Below are positions 22,184 to 37,510 of a stretch of DNA of 64,000 nucleotides, piece after piece. The stretch comes from Balanoglossus misakiensis (taxonomy: Eukaryota > Animalia > Hemichordata): contig CM082585.2 in assembly GCA_040954595.2 (NCBI GenBank), positions 76,814-140,813 on the forward strand. The letters run 5' to 3'. The notes under the pieces are model-generated. The model was not told where the DNA came from, ran no database searches, and saw only the letters and a list, made by a program, of their open reading frames with translations. A program made the translations under genes and the position numbers. Position 1 is the stretch's first letter. Every line of letters begins with the position of its first letter.

Positions 22184-22596
22184 GGATGTACGCGCAGAAC
22201 ATTAACTAGAAACACTGCGCGCCCGGTCTTTTTCCCATAGGATTACATTGATAATCGCCAGAAAACAAACTTCTACTATTGTCATTTTCACGAAATTTTA
22301 CACATAGCTCAGTCCAGCAAATATAAATTCATTGGTCAAATAAAATATAGGGGTCACCGCGCTCTTTTTTGAGATAAATTGCGTTAAGAATTTTGCCCAT
22401 AGACAAACCATTGGTGAAAAATGCTGAGTCAGCAGATTTCTTCTATTATCGACCAAACTCATGGCTCTGTATTTCAAAAACAAGCCCGGTGACCCCTATA
22501 TTTTATTACGGATTTTCATTATCCATACAAAGGAGAATAAAAAAATCCACAATTAAAAAAAATGACAATACTTTCAATTTTACTGAACGTACATCC
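22184..22596. mobile_element. Kolobok-like MITE
   Basis: TCAA|ggatgtacgcgcag ... ctgaacgtacatcc|TTAA; internal inverted motifs aatataggggtcacc / ggtgacccctatatt. Confidence 0.65.
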
Positions 22597-22611
22597 TTAA
22601 TGTTACTTATG

Positions 22612-22800
22612 TAGTGGAGCACCAAAACCCAAATTTTCATATCGATTGTGTATTTTGTGATAAAAATACCAAACTTGGCTCAGATGTGTGTTAATGTGTA
22701 CTGAACAAATTCAGATAGCGAGTCACTAAATATCTGTTGAAGAGTTTCCATGGCAACCAATATTTTTCAAAATGGCCGTCAATACAGATAATCACACCTG
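22612..22800 (+). mobile_element. Old Academ-like terminal fragment
   Basis: tagtggagca...ttgtgtattttgtgataaaa(a/g)..ccaaacttgg resembles the terminus at 62248; family name is from recall only. Confidence 0.4.
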
Positions 22801-23009
22801 TTAAACACCAAAATAAATTCAGATTACAATATTTGAAAAAAGAAACTACGGAAAGAATGGTTTGCAATAGAACTATGGTTATTAAACTACAAATGTACTT
22901 ATAAGGGTAACTAAGGGATCAAAACACAGGTGCAACTTTCAATCCCTGGTTCTAGCATTAGTATAGGTGCTCCTCCCAGTCAAACATTATGGCTAGTTGC
23001 GATATTTAA

Positions 23010-23829
23010 CTGGAAAGGGCAGTTCACGAAATAAAAACCTGGATGACACATAATAAACTTCAACTCAATGGTGGCAAAACCGAGGTACTCCTGATAAGGT
23101 CTCAGTTCAACCGCTCGCCTCGTCCCATAAACCACATGAGCATTGGATCATGTTGTGTTCAAATTGTGAATTCTGCACGGAATATAGGTGTGACATTCGA
23201 CGACAATTACACTTTCAATAAGCACATTAATGCAATTTGCAAGTCAATTTTCTTCCATCTGCGTCAAATCAGCCACATTCGCCGTTACCTCACTAAGGAA
23301 GTTTGCCAGATGCTGGTTCATGCTCTAATCACATCAAAACTGGACTACTGTAATGCACTACTCTGTGGTTTACCATCATCATGCATGCTACAGCATGCCC
23401 TGAATTCTGCAGCCAGGATCGTTTCTCATACCCGTAAAACGGATCATATTACTCGTGTTCTCATGGATTTACATTGGTTGCCTGTACACTATAGAATCCA
23501 ATACAAGATCTTGCTTATGACATATAAGGCATTAAACAACACAGCACCAGCTTACATCTCTGACTTAATCCATCTGAAAACTTCAACAAGACTTCTTCGT
23601 TCAAATGACAAATTTCTACTTCATGTACCGTATATCGCCCCACTCATTTGGAAGAGTGTCCCAATAGAAGTATGCCAGTCACCTAGCCTTGACAGTTTCA
23701 AGAAACACATCAAGACTTATCTGTTTAACAGAGCCTATTAACATAACTTTACATTGAAAAGCGCTATTGAACACTATTGCAGTGGAGTTTGGTGCTCTAT
23801 AAGTCATTTTGATTGATTGATTGATTGAT
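23010..23829 (+). mobile_element. 5'-truncated L2/CR1-group LINE (RT C-terminal region) with (GATT)n tail
   Basis: ORF 23043-23741: NKLQLNGGKTE, ARNIGVTFD, LVHALITSKLDYCNALL, HITRVLMDLHWLPV, FKKHIKTYLF. Tail at ~23810-23829. Confidence 0.93.
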
Positions 23830-25534
23830 GAACAGTTTACCACCTTAGCTAAACACATAAACAGATCACCGATACGTCCGAATAGCGCGTGTATGAGGGC
23901 TTGGCTAACTTGTGACCTCAGTAACGATCATGTGAAAATGTCCATTTTGTTTGGTCAGGCATTGATTCTTGTCGGCAAAAACTGCCATAGGAAATTATAA
24001 ACTTAAGTCAAATTGCTGAAACAATCAATAATAGTCCATGTGTCTTGATACTTCAGTTCATGCATCGGTTCGACTCTGTAGTCGGCTACCCAAATTTATT
24101 GGGAAGTTCGGCCTTTTACACATTAATACGTGTGGTTTTCGATCATATCCTACCGGTCTTATTGGTTGACATTAATTTGGCAGTGTGCTATAAGCATATT
24201 ACATCCTACATCAAACCAAAATAAAGCTTGTGATACTTTGATTTGTTTTTGTTTAGTTTTAGTCGCTAGTGAAATTCAAGCTCAGTAATAACTTTACAAC
24301 TAACTTATTAGGGGCCCAAGCCCCTATGGGCGGGGCCCCTATTGGTATTACTCGCGTTTTTAGGGGCCCAAGCCCCTATGGGCGGGGCCCCTATTGTTAT
24401 TACTGGGGTTTTTAGGGGCCCAAGCCCCTATGGACCCTATTGGTATTGCTGGCATTTTTTTCTTCTTTGGCACTTTCATCGGCCACTAGGATCTTGAAAA
24501 CGGCTGAACCTACAATTCTCAAATTTGGCACAATGATGCAGGCCAATGAGATCTGGTGCAGTACGTCCGTGAATGTTAAATTAGTCAAGTGACCTGATGA
24601 CCATATAAGGGCGAAATTTTCAAATTAGGGTATGCCGATTTTGAGAAGAAGATTTTTGATCATTATATTTCATATTTTTTCATTGACCATGGGGGGTCTG
24701 GACCAAGGCATAGGCTTTACTATACCTGCATAGTAAAGCTATGACAACATCGTATTTAAATAATAACACATGTTAGCAAGGGCAATATCATGATCTTTTG
24801 CCTGCACAAGGGATGGTGATCTTTGACGTTAATAATATTCATGATGCCCGAGCCGCAGGGAAGGGCTTCATCAATATGTTTCGATATGTGACGTTACCAG
24901 CACATTCCAGAAGACAGCATGGCATCGTCTGTACAAGTTGAGTGAAATACTTAGAAAGATATCGCCACATACAGTGACCGATCTGCCTGGGCTGCGTTCA
25001 TGTTTTTCTCTTGAAATCATGGACAGTGTTATACACCTCTGTATCAATGCTGTTTTAGTGACTTTTTCACACCCGTTCTTTTTGTTTTGAGTGAATAGGA
25101 TAGTCAACTAACTACTGCTGGACAATGGGTGTGAGTTTCATGGCTCTCACATGATGGGGTAATCTGGGGTAACATTTTGAAAATACCATGTCATTTTCAG
25201 AACGCAGTTAAGGTGTATGTACACGTGAACAGTGATACATGTACATGTGTAGGCCGGAAATTTAAATCGGGTATACACGTCTGCATCTAACACTCAAACT
25301 GCAATATTGCCAAACGATATACACGATATACTACATGTAGTAATTCTATTAGATTTAGTCTGCATTGGTCAATATAATATACGGAAACTAAATATGTCGA
25401 TCGGATTTGATCTTTCACAGGTCCAGCTGTGGTTGCGCAGAACACGTCTCCATTTATGGTGTGAACAGGGACTGCTGTACGCATGTGCACATCTGAGTTC
25501 AAGAGGTTACACGTACTGCGGTTGCGCAGAACAT

Positions 25535-26941
25535 CCCTTACGAAGTTGTTTTCTTGCGGCAAACATGCGGCGAAGTTGCGGCACATGTGCGGCACGCTAA
25601 TTTCTGACCGCAACTTTGTGGCGACTAATCGCCGATGATCGCCAGTACCGGCACACTTCTGGCGATCAGTCAAGACTTTTGCGGCACGTATGCCGCAACA
25701 TTTAAGTAAACACAGAGTGTCTTGTACTACTGGTGATCAGTGGAGCCTTTTGCGGCGCATATACCGCAAAAGTAAAGTAAACAGGGAGTTTGATATTATC
25801 TCGTGATCAGTGGAGTCTGTTGCGGCACGGTTGCGGTATATATGCCAGAAAGTTCAATTAACATAATTTGAATGCTCAGCTAGTTAATAATTACTTTTTG
25901 GTGACATGTGCAGAAACGAGAATGAGGCTGATTTCATTTAGGCGGACATTTTGATTGTGTAAGGTTACACTGGGATCTCTATGCCCATCAAAAACCATGA
26001 ATTTGATGTCACCAATCCATACAGCTGGAAGCTGCTTCACTTGAATACTGTGGTAGCGATATTTGTGCATTACCAGAGGTCAGTAGTTTGAACAATTTCC
26101 TGAGGATGATTGTCATAATCTTGTACTTAAAGTCAGACTAAATGGAAAAGTATCTGCAAAAGAAAAACTCTGGTGTTGATCCAAGACATATACCAGTAAG
26201 AGGACACTTGAGACAAGAGCATTGCAATGACATGTATACAGCTGGGTGAGTTTTCTAAATTTTGTTGGTTTCTGTGGTAGTTGAATCACTTGAGATAACT
26301 ATAAAATAATGCCTGCTGTTGAAATAAACAATGAGGGTCACAATTTCACAAAGAAAGGATGTTTTGTCTAAGCCTGTTGAATATACTTGGGATAACTCTC
26401 CTTATGGGAAGTACATGTATGAATATGACACACCAAATTCACATGAGAATTAAGATTTGCTGAACCAAGATACTTCAGAATAGAATGGATAGATTGGCAA
26501 TTCTTTTCACGGGTGGCTGGTAGCTAGGAAGGGGCCACAGTAGGGATTAATTACATGTATTAACAAGAGGTCATAATTTGCGGCATATGTGCCGCAAAGT
26601 TGCGGTATGTTTACCGCAACTGTGCGCCGCAACAGCTCATTTGCATGCGAAAATATGCATTGGCCGCGCGTGCGCCGCAAACAGTTGCGGTATATGCGCC
26701 GCAAAGTTGCAAGAGGTCAGATTTTGCGGCATGTACGCCGCAAACCCGTTTTGGCATACGTGCCGCATATGTGCCACAAAGTTGCGGTATGTTTACCGCA
26801 ACTATGCGCCGCAACAGCTCATTTGCATGCGAAAATATGCATTAGCCGCGCGTGCGCCGCAAACAGTTGCGGTATATGTGCCGCAAAGTTGCGGCAAGTT
26901 TACCACAACTGTTCGCCAGAAGCCTTATTTTTTCGTAAGGG
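25535..26941. mobile_element. Non-autonomous CMC/EnSpm(CACTA)-like element, private to copy 2
   Basis: Perfect 10-bp TIR CCCTTACGAA/TTCGTAAGGG with 2-bp TSD AT; empty site agaacATgtctcc at 1604-1616. Many subterminal tgcggca/tgccgca motifs; 182-bp duplication at ~26583/26765. Confidence 0.85.
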
Positions 26942-28957
26942 ATGTCTCCATTTATGGAGTGAACAGGGACTGACCAAGGGGCCGAAATGAGAAGCCAAAT
27001 TTCGGGTGACCCCTTGACCTTTGACCCACCTTGAAAAACACATATCTATTTCTACGCTAACTAATACACCTAGGGAGCTGATTTTTGGTGGACAGGTACA
27101 ACTATTGGACCAAATCATTTCGCCGCAATGTCACGTGACCTTGGTGACCTTTGAACTATATATAACATAAATGCTCATAAGTATGTAACTATTAGACCGA
27201 CAGACTTCATATTTGGTGGGATGAAGCATACACATGTACTTGTTACCCCTTGACCTTTGACCTAATTAATTATGTGCATACCTAATTCTAGGCTTACCAA
27301 TAGGGCTAGAGGTTTTGTTTCTGTTGGACATGGACAAGTGTGGGATCCAATTTTTTCCATAAAATTTTGGGTGACCTCAGGTGATCTACTTTCTCATATC
27401 TCGGCCTCCAGAGCAGGTACAGCCTTAGCATTTCGAGGGATGGGACTAAAATGAAAAGCCGAATTTTGAGGTCACCTGTACAACTGCTTAACTCATTAAT
27501 TATGTGCATACCTAATTCCAGGCGACATAGGGCTAAGGTTTGGTTTCTGATGGACCTGGACCAGTATGGGGTCAAACAATTTTGCCCAAATTTCGGGTGA
27601 CCTCAGATGACCATTTTGGCTTGCAGTTATATTTTAACCCTAATGCTTCTAGGTGTCATACCTGTTTAGAGTGTCAAGTCCCTTAAAATATGTATTTGCC
27701 ATTTTTTCTTCCTAAACGTATTTTGACTGTCTTGCCATGGGCTCTCATATGTTAAACACACTTGGCAGTCTAAGCCCCCTTAAATGTACTAAATCGTACT
27801 GGTTTGCTCTGGTTTGGGTTGAGGGTCTTGTATAGGCCCTACTGCGTAACTTGCCCTTGGCAGCCTAACAGGCCTGGGAGCCAGGATTCTAGGCACCCTG
27901 GATATCAAACTGACTTGGCAGCGTTAGGGTTAAAACTATGTATAATCACATACTAGATGTTTGAAAAATGGCAATGTCTTCTCTAAATGTTATCCATCCA
28001 AAGGGATCTGACAAGGGTGTCCCCTGTCAGCACTTCATTTTTTGTTTGTCATAGCAATTTTCGCGACTGTTATATTAGATTTAGAGTTGACTAAAAGATA
28101 AATGGTGTCTACGATTCCAAACACATAAAAATTACACCAGTTCATGCTATAAATATTGTCAATAAATTTGTTAGTTTTAGAAACCCAACTAAATACACGA
28201 AAAGTTGGGCTTTAGATTGGTTAACTGAAAATCAGGCCGATTGGAATTTTTCGGGATTAAGTGGCCCGATGCTCCCAACAAGTCACTTAGAATGTACTTT
28301 CATTCTAATATTGTCATTTATTAGCATGGAGTAATCTTACTTTTTACCATAAGGGTGGAACCATGATTCATTCTCAAGAGGGGTCTGGTACCAATACTCA
28401 TAATGGCCTTCGATACCGGCAGGCATGAATAGCCTATGGCTACGCCCAGCATGAGGTGGTGATTCATACTGTTGGTTGTATGGACTAGCTGGGTTTGGTG
28501 ACAGCGACACAAATTTTCATGCAGATCTTGATTACACTTGTAGAGAAAAACAAAAAAATCTACACATTGAAAGAAATGGTGATACTTTGAACTGTATAAA
28601 TTATTAACCCAAGACAATAAATCAAAACTTACTTTGTTCACAAAGGTCACCAGTGAAAACAATTCTGACAGAAACATGTGTACAGTTGACATGATCCAGA
28701 TGTCATCTGGCAGAAACCACTGTTCAAGCACGGATTGGGATCGCATTGGTTGATTCCTGGTTTTCAATACACAAGAAAGTTGGGACGATGAGCAATGGGG
28801 CAGAGACTGATCATCAAAAATTTGAGACAGGGAATTCCAACAAATGAGATCATTAAGTTATATATGCAAAGTAAATCAGAAAAGAGAATCAGAAGATTTT
28901 CTCCGAAGGACACCTTGCAAATTCATGATTGGAAAGACACTGCAGTCACATGTATAT

Positions 28958-30141
28958 TGTAGTGTCCAAACACTGGTGAGCATCTATACTTTATACATTC
29001 TGTAAAATGACGTAATGCAACATTCGGGTCATTATGAATAAAGTGCGTGAACGAGGCTAGGCACTCTCACTCTTACATGCCGGACTTGGTGTCTCGTGTT
29101 GTCATTATTGCCCACCCACGATTCTATATTTGGCGACGAGGACGGAGAACATGGAGAATCAGCTAGCCGTCAATGCCGAGTTTTCCTGTTCATTCAGATC
29201 CGACAACCACCAGTACGAGATGGAAAAAGTACATGGCTAGAGTAGAAAACGCATTTGTCGCATTCAACATTACAGATGACAAGCGACAACGTGCACTGCT
29301 ATTGCACTGGGCAGGTGAGGAAGTTTCCGACTTCTTTGATACTCTACCAGATACAGGAACGAGCTGTGAAACAGCCAAATTAAAGCTTACGTCGTACTTC
29401 TCACCCAAACGGAACATTGAATACGAACGATTCATCTTCAGAGACACCATACAAAACAACGACGAATCGATTGATGCCTATCACACTTGTTTGCAACGCC
29501 TAGCAGAAACATATGTGACTTCACCAATAAGGATCAAAAGGTCAAATCACAAATCATACGAGGATTCACATCAGCCCGTCTCAGACGTCGTGCTCTTCGG
29601 GAGGAGACGACACTAGAGAATCTACTGAGTACAGCCTGTTCATTTGAGGTATCAGAGGTTCAGGCTAGTGGGATTGAGGAGAAAACCCAAAATAATGGTG
29701 CAGATACGGCATCTGTGAATGCGGTCAGAAAACAGCGCCATCAACGCCCGAAACCAAATAAACAAAAGAGATCTCATCAGCAGCCAGCGAAAGGACCGTC
29801 CACTTGTTATTATTGTGGTGGCACCTATCCACATGACTCAGTATGTCCAGCTAAAGGCAGGTCATGCAGGAAGTGTGGCAAACATAACCATTTTGCCAAA
29901 TGCTGCCGATCAAAAGGCAAAGCAAATAGGCTAGACAAGGATGAAACTGTCAAAGCTGTGCATAAAGTGGAAGACAGCTCGGGAGATGAATACTGCGTCA
30001 CTGTACAACAATCAAATGGCAGGAGGCCTCGAGTAACAGTGCAGATAGAACAAACAGCAGTTGCCTCACTGATCGACCCTGGTTCTACAATAAACATGAT
30101 GAGTGTAAACACATACAACAACCTAAAGAACAAACCCAGGT
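28958..30141 (+). mobile_element. Gypsy/Mag LTR-gag-protease fragment, copy 2 (frameshifted)
   Basis: PBS at 29131; gag split into ORFs 29173-29616 and 29487-30251. Confidence 0.85.
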
Positions 30142-33100
30142 GGCAAACAGAAAGCCCGTTTTACCACTGCCAGCAGTGCATTATTGAGTATTTTAGCATC
30201 GCTGAATTGAGCTCTCGTCCAATCAGAACTGCGGACTGTAGCATGATATAATATAATTGAGAATAAATCTCACGACAAGTGTACAGTTTGACAATGTACA
30301 CAGATAATCCGTTTCAACAATGTTTCCTTTGTAGTGTGAATAAAACTGCACACTTTGCAAGTTTTCAACTTCAAAACACTATGGCTATTACAGAGACAAA
30401 GCTGCTAATATACAATGTATACCTGTCATTTTTGTTTGTGGTGAGATTTTCATTGGCACAGTCGCACAGAGCTCACACAAGAGGAAATTACACTTTCTGT
30501 TGAATTTACTGCATCCTGCTAACTTTAAGTCATATATCCACTGAAACATTAAGTTATAGAATTTTCCATCGCAGTATTCTGTTTTATATACATGTATAGC
30601 AGTCCCACACATATTGATTAATTTGACAAAAGAAACTGACTGACAATTTTCACAGCGCTCCCCAGTATAGCATCCTTGGCAGGTGCACGTCAATGCCACA
30701 CACGAGGTTAGGGTTGGCAAGTGCTGCCATTTTGACATGGGTTGTTAGCACTGATCAATTCCTACGCATGACAGAAAAATGAAGAATTAGGCTATGGGCC
30801 GGACCTGCCTATCGTTTCAAAATGCACTCTGTATATTAGGGTCTATATCTTTTACATAAAAAAACAAGTCTTCTTGCTCTAATATGATAAAAGAAAAAAA
30901 CTTCAACTTAAATATTGCGTCCTCAGAGGTAATATCGAGTCCTAAAATCAGGTATGCTAATGCGGTTAAAGGTCGTGCAGTTCTCCTTATAACAAGCGAT
31001 CTGATTGGTGGTTACGTGACTGCACCAATCACAGAATGTGTTATGTCACTCAGCAATTACACACACAGGGCAATCTATCAGGCAGCTACATGTATACTAG
31101 TATACATGTTACAGAAGATTAAACAGAATTTTTGGTAAGGAAAGTTTGAGCAGACTAGTCCATTCAATGTAAAAAATGGCGCTGATTCCAAAAAAGTCAG
31201 TCTTATTGACCCCTTTCAAGACAAAATTGCCATTTTTGCCACTTTTAACCCAAAAGGTCATTTAAAAAAAACACTCAAAACACACTGTTTTCATCACATT
31301 CGGAGATCTGATGACATTTGAGGATTATGCGGAAACAGTGACACACCAGAATAAAAATTACAGGTGACATTTGCAAGCAGATATGATCTGACCATATAGA
31401 AATATGGAATGTAAAAACATTAACACGGAACATGCCCAATAAACTGTCATGTGTCATGGCAGTCTTACAAGTGGTGCTAGAAAAAAAAATTGACCAAAAA
31501 TTGTCTGTACAAACACATATGCGAAGCAACTTCTTTCAGTCAGCCCTGGAACAGACACACACTGACCTGTCACTGGGAATTAAAATTTGATAGCTGGTGG
31601 TCTCTGTAACAGCTGGCCTATTTAAGTTATGTAAACATGTCTTTGTTCGAGGTAACAACTCCTTGTAAATAGTAACTTTAAAAACAACTGGACAATTTGT
31701 TTAGGAGAAGATTTGCTAACCAAAAACAAAGAAACTTACAAAAAAAACTCGCTAAATATTTAATCTTTGTGATCTCAAAATTGAATAAAAGTTGCACATA
31801 TACAGGTATGTGTTATGAAATTATATCCTAAATTTCAAAGCAATCAGAGAAAAATCTAATTTCAAAGCAATCCAACAAGCAGTTTCACAGAAAATATTTG
31901 TTCAAAAGTGGCAAAAACCAAATATGCAAATATCACCAAAATTGTACAATATCTTACTTCAATCACTACAAGGAACATGCTGCCTAAGTTCAATGCAATA
32001 GGACAAGCTGTTTCAGAGAAAACAATTTTTGACAAAAATTGCAAAAGTTTCCCCGATAACACATTTATGCAAATATCACATTTTTTACAACATATTACCC
32101 CTACGAACATGCCTACCAAATTGCAAAGCAATCTGGCATGAGGTTTTAAAGAAAAACATTTTTTGACCAAAAATGGCAAATATTGCTCAACATTATAGAT
32201 ATGCAAATTTTGCAACAATTTGAACAAAACTATGGTTACTTAGACAACCATTAGGAAGCTTCATACTAAATTTCAAAGACTTTTTACCAATAACATGGAA
32301 AAATACAAAAAAATGCATAAAAAAAAGGAAATCGATAATATTAGCTCAAAACATACAGGATTGTGTGAGGTTGATATAAGGTACATGCATACCAATTTTC
32401 AAATCAATATGACCAGTGGTTGTCCAGTTTTTGAGTTTTGACCAATTTCACATTTTCCCAGCTAATTTGCATATTTTTGGCAATGACATCTTCATTTGAA
32501 CAAACTCCCATCTACAGCCCTGCCTGCATCTACACACCAAATATCGAGGTCATACGCGCTGCGGTTTTCAAGTTTTTGATGTGGACGGCCATACAGACAT
32601 CCATCCATCCATCCATCCATCCATACATACAGACGTAACCAATCCCATAAGGTCCCATGGTACATACCAATGGGACCTAAAAACTTGTGACTTACATGTA
32701 ACACATGTTTGCCCAGTGTAGCAGGTTGGACAGTTGCAGGTGTAGATTGAGCAGGAGCCTTGAAGTGGCTGATACACTCCGTTATTCAGACATGGGTTTA
32801 GAAGACACTGGTTGATCGCTAAGGGTGAGAGAAATGAAAAGTATCACATTAGGGTCTTACACACTTGAGTGGGAAGTGAAATCTGTAGCAGACTGTCAGA
32901 AGATTGCACATCCATGTGATCATGTTCATGTGTGACGGATAATGAAGACCACTTGATCCAAGCTTGGTGCTACCATCTTTATCATAATTACAGCATCTTA
33001 TAATATTTACTAGTTGGGGGTGGGGGTAGTTGATGTCATAACTTTCTGATGTTTCAATTTACGGTTGGAAAAATAGCAACATCTACACTGATGAGCATTT

Positions 33101-36100
33101 GAGTCAATGAAAATATTCATCATGGCTACGGTAGTGCATATAAGTCTCTTGGTTAGCTGCACAATCACAGGCAACTTTATTGAGACAATATCAATGACAA
33201 AGCCCAGCGATTTCTACTTTGTGCGGGAAATCTGACACTGGTTTGCTTACGTTCAGCGCACGTGGTTCCGATGAAACAGCGCGGACTCTGGCATCTGAAC
33301 TTGGTGCAGGACACTTGCTGGCAGAATCCACTGTTTAGACAAGGGTTGGGCTGACACGGATTCAAATCTGTGCACAGAAGAGAAAGTGATATAAATTGTG
33401 TACAGTTAATATTTACTACATATACTTTAAACAGATTTGTGCAGTCAGGGTTGAGTGGTAAAAATCTCAGTTGGTCAACAGAACATCACTGTGACAAATT
33501 TCTTCCATGTTCAACAAAAGAAACGTAATGAAATTTTGACACAGGTGTAATAGTGTCTTAGTGTACCATACGGTGCAGGTTATTGTTTGGTCAAAAACAC
33601 AATCCCTTTTTATGGCACACACATTCTTAATAAATTTCCCCCTAATTGTGTCGTTATTCACTGTTTGATACAGGTTGGAAGAAACCAAGCCGATTATGTG
33701 TTATGTTATTATGTTCCTCTTCATCTGAAATTTAAAATCACTCACATGTCTGACATAAATCGCCGGAGTAACAGCTTGTACAGGAGCATGTGAATTCAGT
33801 ACACCAATTGGGCGTCAGCACACAGTTTCCACCATTCCGACACTGGATGGGTTGACACTGGTTGACAGCTGTGGGATGTGCAGTCAAGACATTGTCAAAA
33901 TTACAGAATCTACAAACTACACTCCACAGTCATGTACATGTATACCTGACAACAACCAAAGGGCTGTTTTGAAAAAACCAAATGCTGTGAAATCCTTTAG
34001 AGTGTGACAAGAAACCACAGTTGCAACCGAAAACAAAAATAGTGATAACATTAAGCTAGCCCAAAGTTTTAGTTACCAGGGCTTTAATATGTGTACCGTA
34101 CTTATATTATATAATACATAACAAGTGTTTTGCATTGAATAAAATAATATTGGTTTGTACTTACGCATTGTACATGTGGCACCAGTGAAGCATTCGGTAC
34201 ACATACAGTCAAACAAGAAACAGCCATCTCGCGCAACGCATGTGCCACCATTTTGACAAGGCATAGAGTATAACTGATCAATGGCTGCCAAAACAAAAAT
34301 GAAAGTATCAATTACCTGCTTGTCAAAAACTTGTACATGTACTTGTGATGTTCATTTCGTTTAAATATGTGAGCAATGTCTTCATTCCTTGTTTCAAACC
34401 TGTACATTTAAAAAAACATAATGATGCTATTGCTAGGATTTTTCTGTAAGAATCTTGAAAAATTAAAAAATGTGCCATCAACATGATACAGAAGGCTTTC
34501 CTTTTTAACGTGCACCTCACACTCAATTTTGACCCTACATCAGCAAATTTTGAAAGGATGAAACTTAGTAATGCTTCCACCCCATTTATTGGTGTATGGG
34601 TCCATCTATCACATTGAGAATACCAAAAATGAGGGTTTATATACCACGCTGTGACATAAAACAGTAATTCGACACACCTACGGCACAGATGGCCCCAGTC
34701 CAACACTACTGGCAGTAACAGGTGTAGTCACCTCATGGACACCTCTCTAATCAGAACACCTAGTAAGATTGATTTTTCAAGCCAAATAGTAAGGATAATT
34801 AAGGATGTCTCTTTTACTTAATACTCAGATGTGTGCACCACCTTAGGAGAGATTACCTCACATGCACAATTATCTCTACAGACACTAGTCTTCAAGAGGC
34901 AACTCTTGTATATTTGAGTGATGAAAACATCCAGCTTCGTACACTTCCTCACAAGTTCGTGCCTATCCTAAATTGCACGGACATACAAATGAAATTTCTG
35001 TTTTCTTTTCCTTTCTTTTCTCTTGGGGAAATTTTAGAAATGAGAAGTTACCACACAATTCAATTGCTATGAAGAGAAAGTGCCCAAAAGATTGTCATTT
35101 ACGGTATGTCAGAAACTTACATATTTCACAACGGTTACCCTCATAGCAACCAGTACAGGCACAGGTATATGCCGTGCAGGAGTTGACCACTGCATTACAT
35201 ACGGCCCCGATGAGACAGCTGTTTCGCTGGCATGGATCTTGGACTGCAATAAAAAGTGCAACCTATTGTTATCTCAGCAATAGAGCAGTTCATTTACTGA
35301 AACTGCCAGCACCCAATATTATCCCACATGTAATCCATATGTGGAAATCAAATACACCTGCAACAGTTTTAATTTACCATGTGGGTATTTGCATGGAGAG
35401 CCATGGTATTTGTTATCTACTGATAAAATACCCTTCAAAACAATATCCTCATTTCTTCAGAAGTTTGGCAACAAGACCAAAAAAATTTGAAGTTTCACAT
35501 CAAAATTTACAATGCATAAATATGCTTAAAGATCTACGGAATGAAGATTGCTTGTTTGTTTGCAGGGTGTCTTGAAAGTATATACTCACTTGTTTGACCA
35601 TGGACACTAGAGAAAGAAGGACGCGCAACTCCAGTTTTTTCTTGAAATGATATTCTTTTGCATACATTATTTCCAGGTAAATCCCAATAATCCAATTTGC
35701 AAATAAACTGTGTATAAACTAACGCAAAGTCTCGCGTTTTGCGTGAAGTTATCACAAACACCTTAGAACATCTCGCAGAAGACGAGAAAAGTGCAACGTG
35801 GTTGAACGCAGCGATCATTTATGGAACACATCTGGACAAGTTAAACAGGAATTTGGCACCTCTGAGTCTGACAGCGTCCAAAACAAGCATCTTTTGTCTA
35901 ACAGTCCGGGTATTTCACAAGGCTGTGAGCTAACCGTACCGAGGGTTGCCTGGCGGCCATAGCGCACACATGAAAATCCACCCAGTTTGTTTACAAATTG
36001 TTTTCGTGAAATCTGTTTTATTGTTCACGCACTGCGAAATAAAATGCCCCTAAACCACACTTTTTAATTCAATGCTTCACACAAACATAAAATTATTACG

Positions 36101-37510
36101 AAAAGTGTCAGCGTTACCAAGAAATATGAGTGCCCAGTCGGACATGCAAAAAACATGGATGATTTGTTTACAATTTTTAAATGAAGCTTGTGGCACTAGA
36201 AATGACCGTTCAACCGACAGACGAACACCAAACCATAATAATTAGCACAGACATCGTAATACTTTTAGAATTTTAGAAAAAAACGCAGTGGCTGCTGAAA
36301 TGCAGGAGTGCCAGTTTGGTGGCAAGTTTTCGCATCACTGGTGGGGTCGACACGTGCCGAAGTAAGGAAGTCATTGTCCAACTGTCCTGGGTGTTAATTA
36401 TATGCAAAAGAACATCATCATACAGATAATCCCCAAACCCTTTGATCTTTGCCGCAGTTGCTCGTCCTTCTTTCTCTAGGGTCTATGGTTTGACAGATGT
36501 CACCTGTGTAAGAGTTCACACACTGGCATGAATAGAAATTGCACGATGTTTGCTGGCAAAATCCACCATTCATACATGGGTTGGGATCACAGGGGTTTTG
36601 CACTGGAAATTAAGAAAGGACGCCATTTTATTCCTTGCTACTCATTCTACAGTACAGATATGGCAAAAACCTTGCAGAATTATGGCAAGGGTGTGTGGAG
36701 TGATTGTGCCTACAGCTTATATTAGGCTGGTATCAAGTTGTTCACACCTCCATAGATCATGTGGCAGTGACTGTGAGGCAAGGGCTTCCCTTCATGAAAT
36801 CAAAGACCTGTGTACTGGAGGAGGGTTCCTTGCAAATGCTTGACTTGACTTCAAGCATACCTGTAGACTCATATGCAAATTTACACTATCTGGCCTGGAG
36901 TGAGAATTTCCATAGTGGATGTGCGTTGACAAAAGGCAGTAAAATTGGCCAGTCGCGCATAATGTTTCTTGAACTAAGACAATCAAGACATTATGCGCTA
37001 CAAAAGTGATTTTGATTGGGAAGAGTGTAATCTTGCATTCGATGTCAAGAACTCTCCAAGCTCTGCTGTGGTGATGGCTACACCTATGCTCAGGAAACAT
37101 GCAGTATTTGAATGCATCAGAGACAAAAGGTAAAAGAGACTGCGCTGTATACTTACATATCTCACACCTATCACCTTTGTAGCAACCAGTACATATGCAG
37201 GTGAGATCAAAGCAGGAATTTCGAGCCGGTTGACAGAAGCCACCATTCTGGCACGGATTTGGTGGACACTGGTTGAGTCCTACAAGGAAAAGGGTCAAAT
37301 TTTCCATGATCATCAATGTCATGTGATTATGAATGTATGTAAGTGGCTGAAAAAAATTCCCAGGGGTGAGTTTCCTACAAAAATTGTGATGTGACAAACC
37401 GACAAATTAGCATATTAGCATAATCAGAATAAATAAAAAAATGCACAGGTAGTTTAAAAGAACAAACACTTTGGAAACGGAATAGAGCTAAGCTGCTGTC
37501 CCTTTCTAAT

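Larger units (their letters stand above)
1..23930 (+). repeat. Tandem segmental duplication, copy 1 (includes private 4.47-kb insertion)
   Basis: The opening sequence tgtgaaaatgtccattttgtttggtcaggc recurs at 23931 and 44804. The ORF track repeats with near-constant offsets (e.g. 8357/29173/48696; 16730/37551/56722). Confidence 0.97.

Noticed and set aside
26507-26990. Cluster of overlapping Cys/Arg/Ala-rich ORFs
   Set aside because: GC-rich subterminal repeats of the copy-2 transposon are poor in stop codons.
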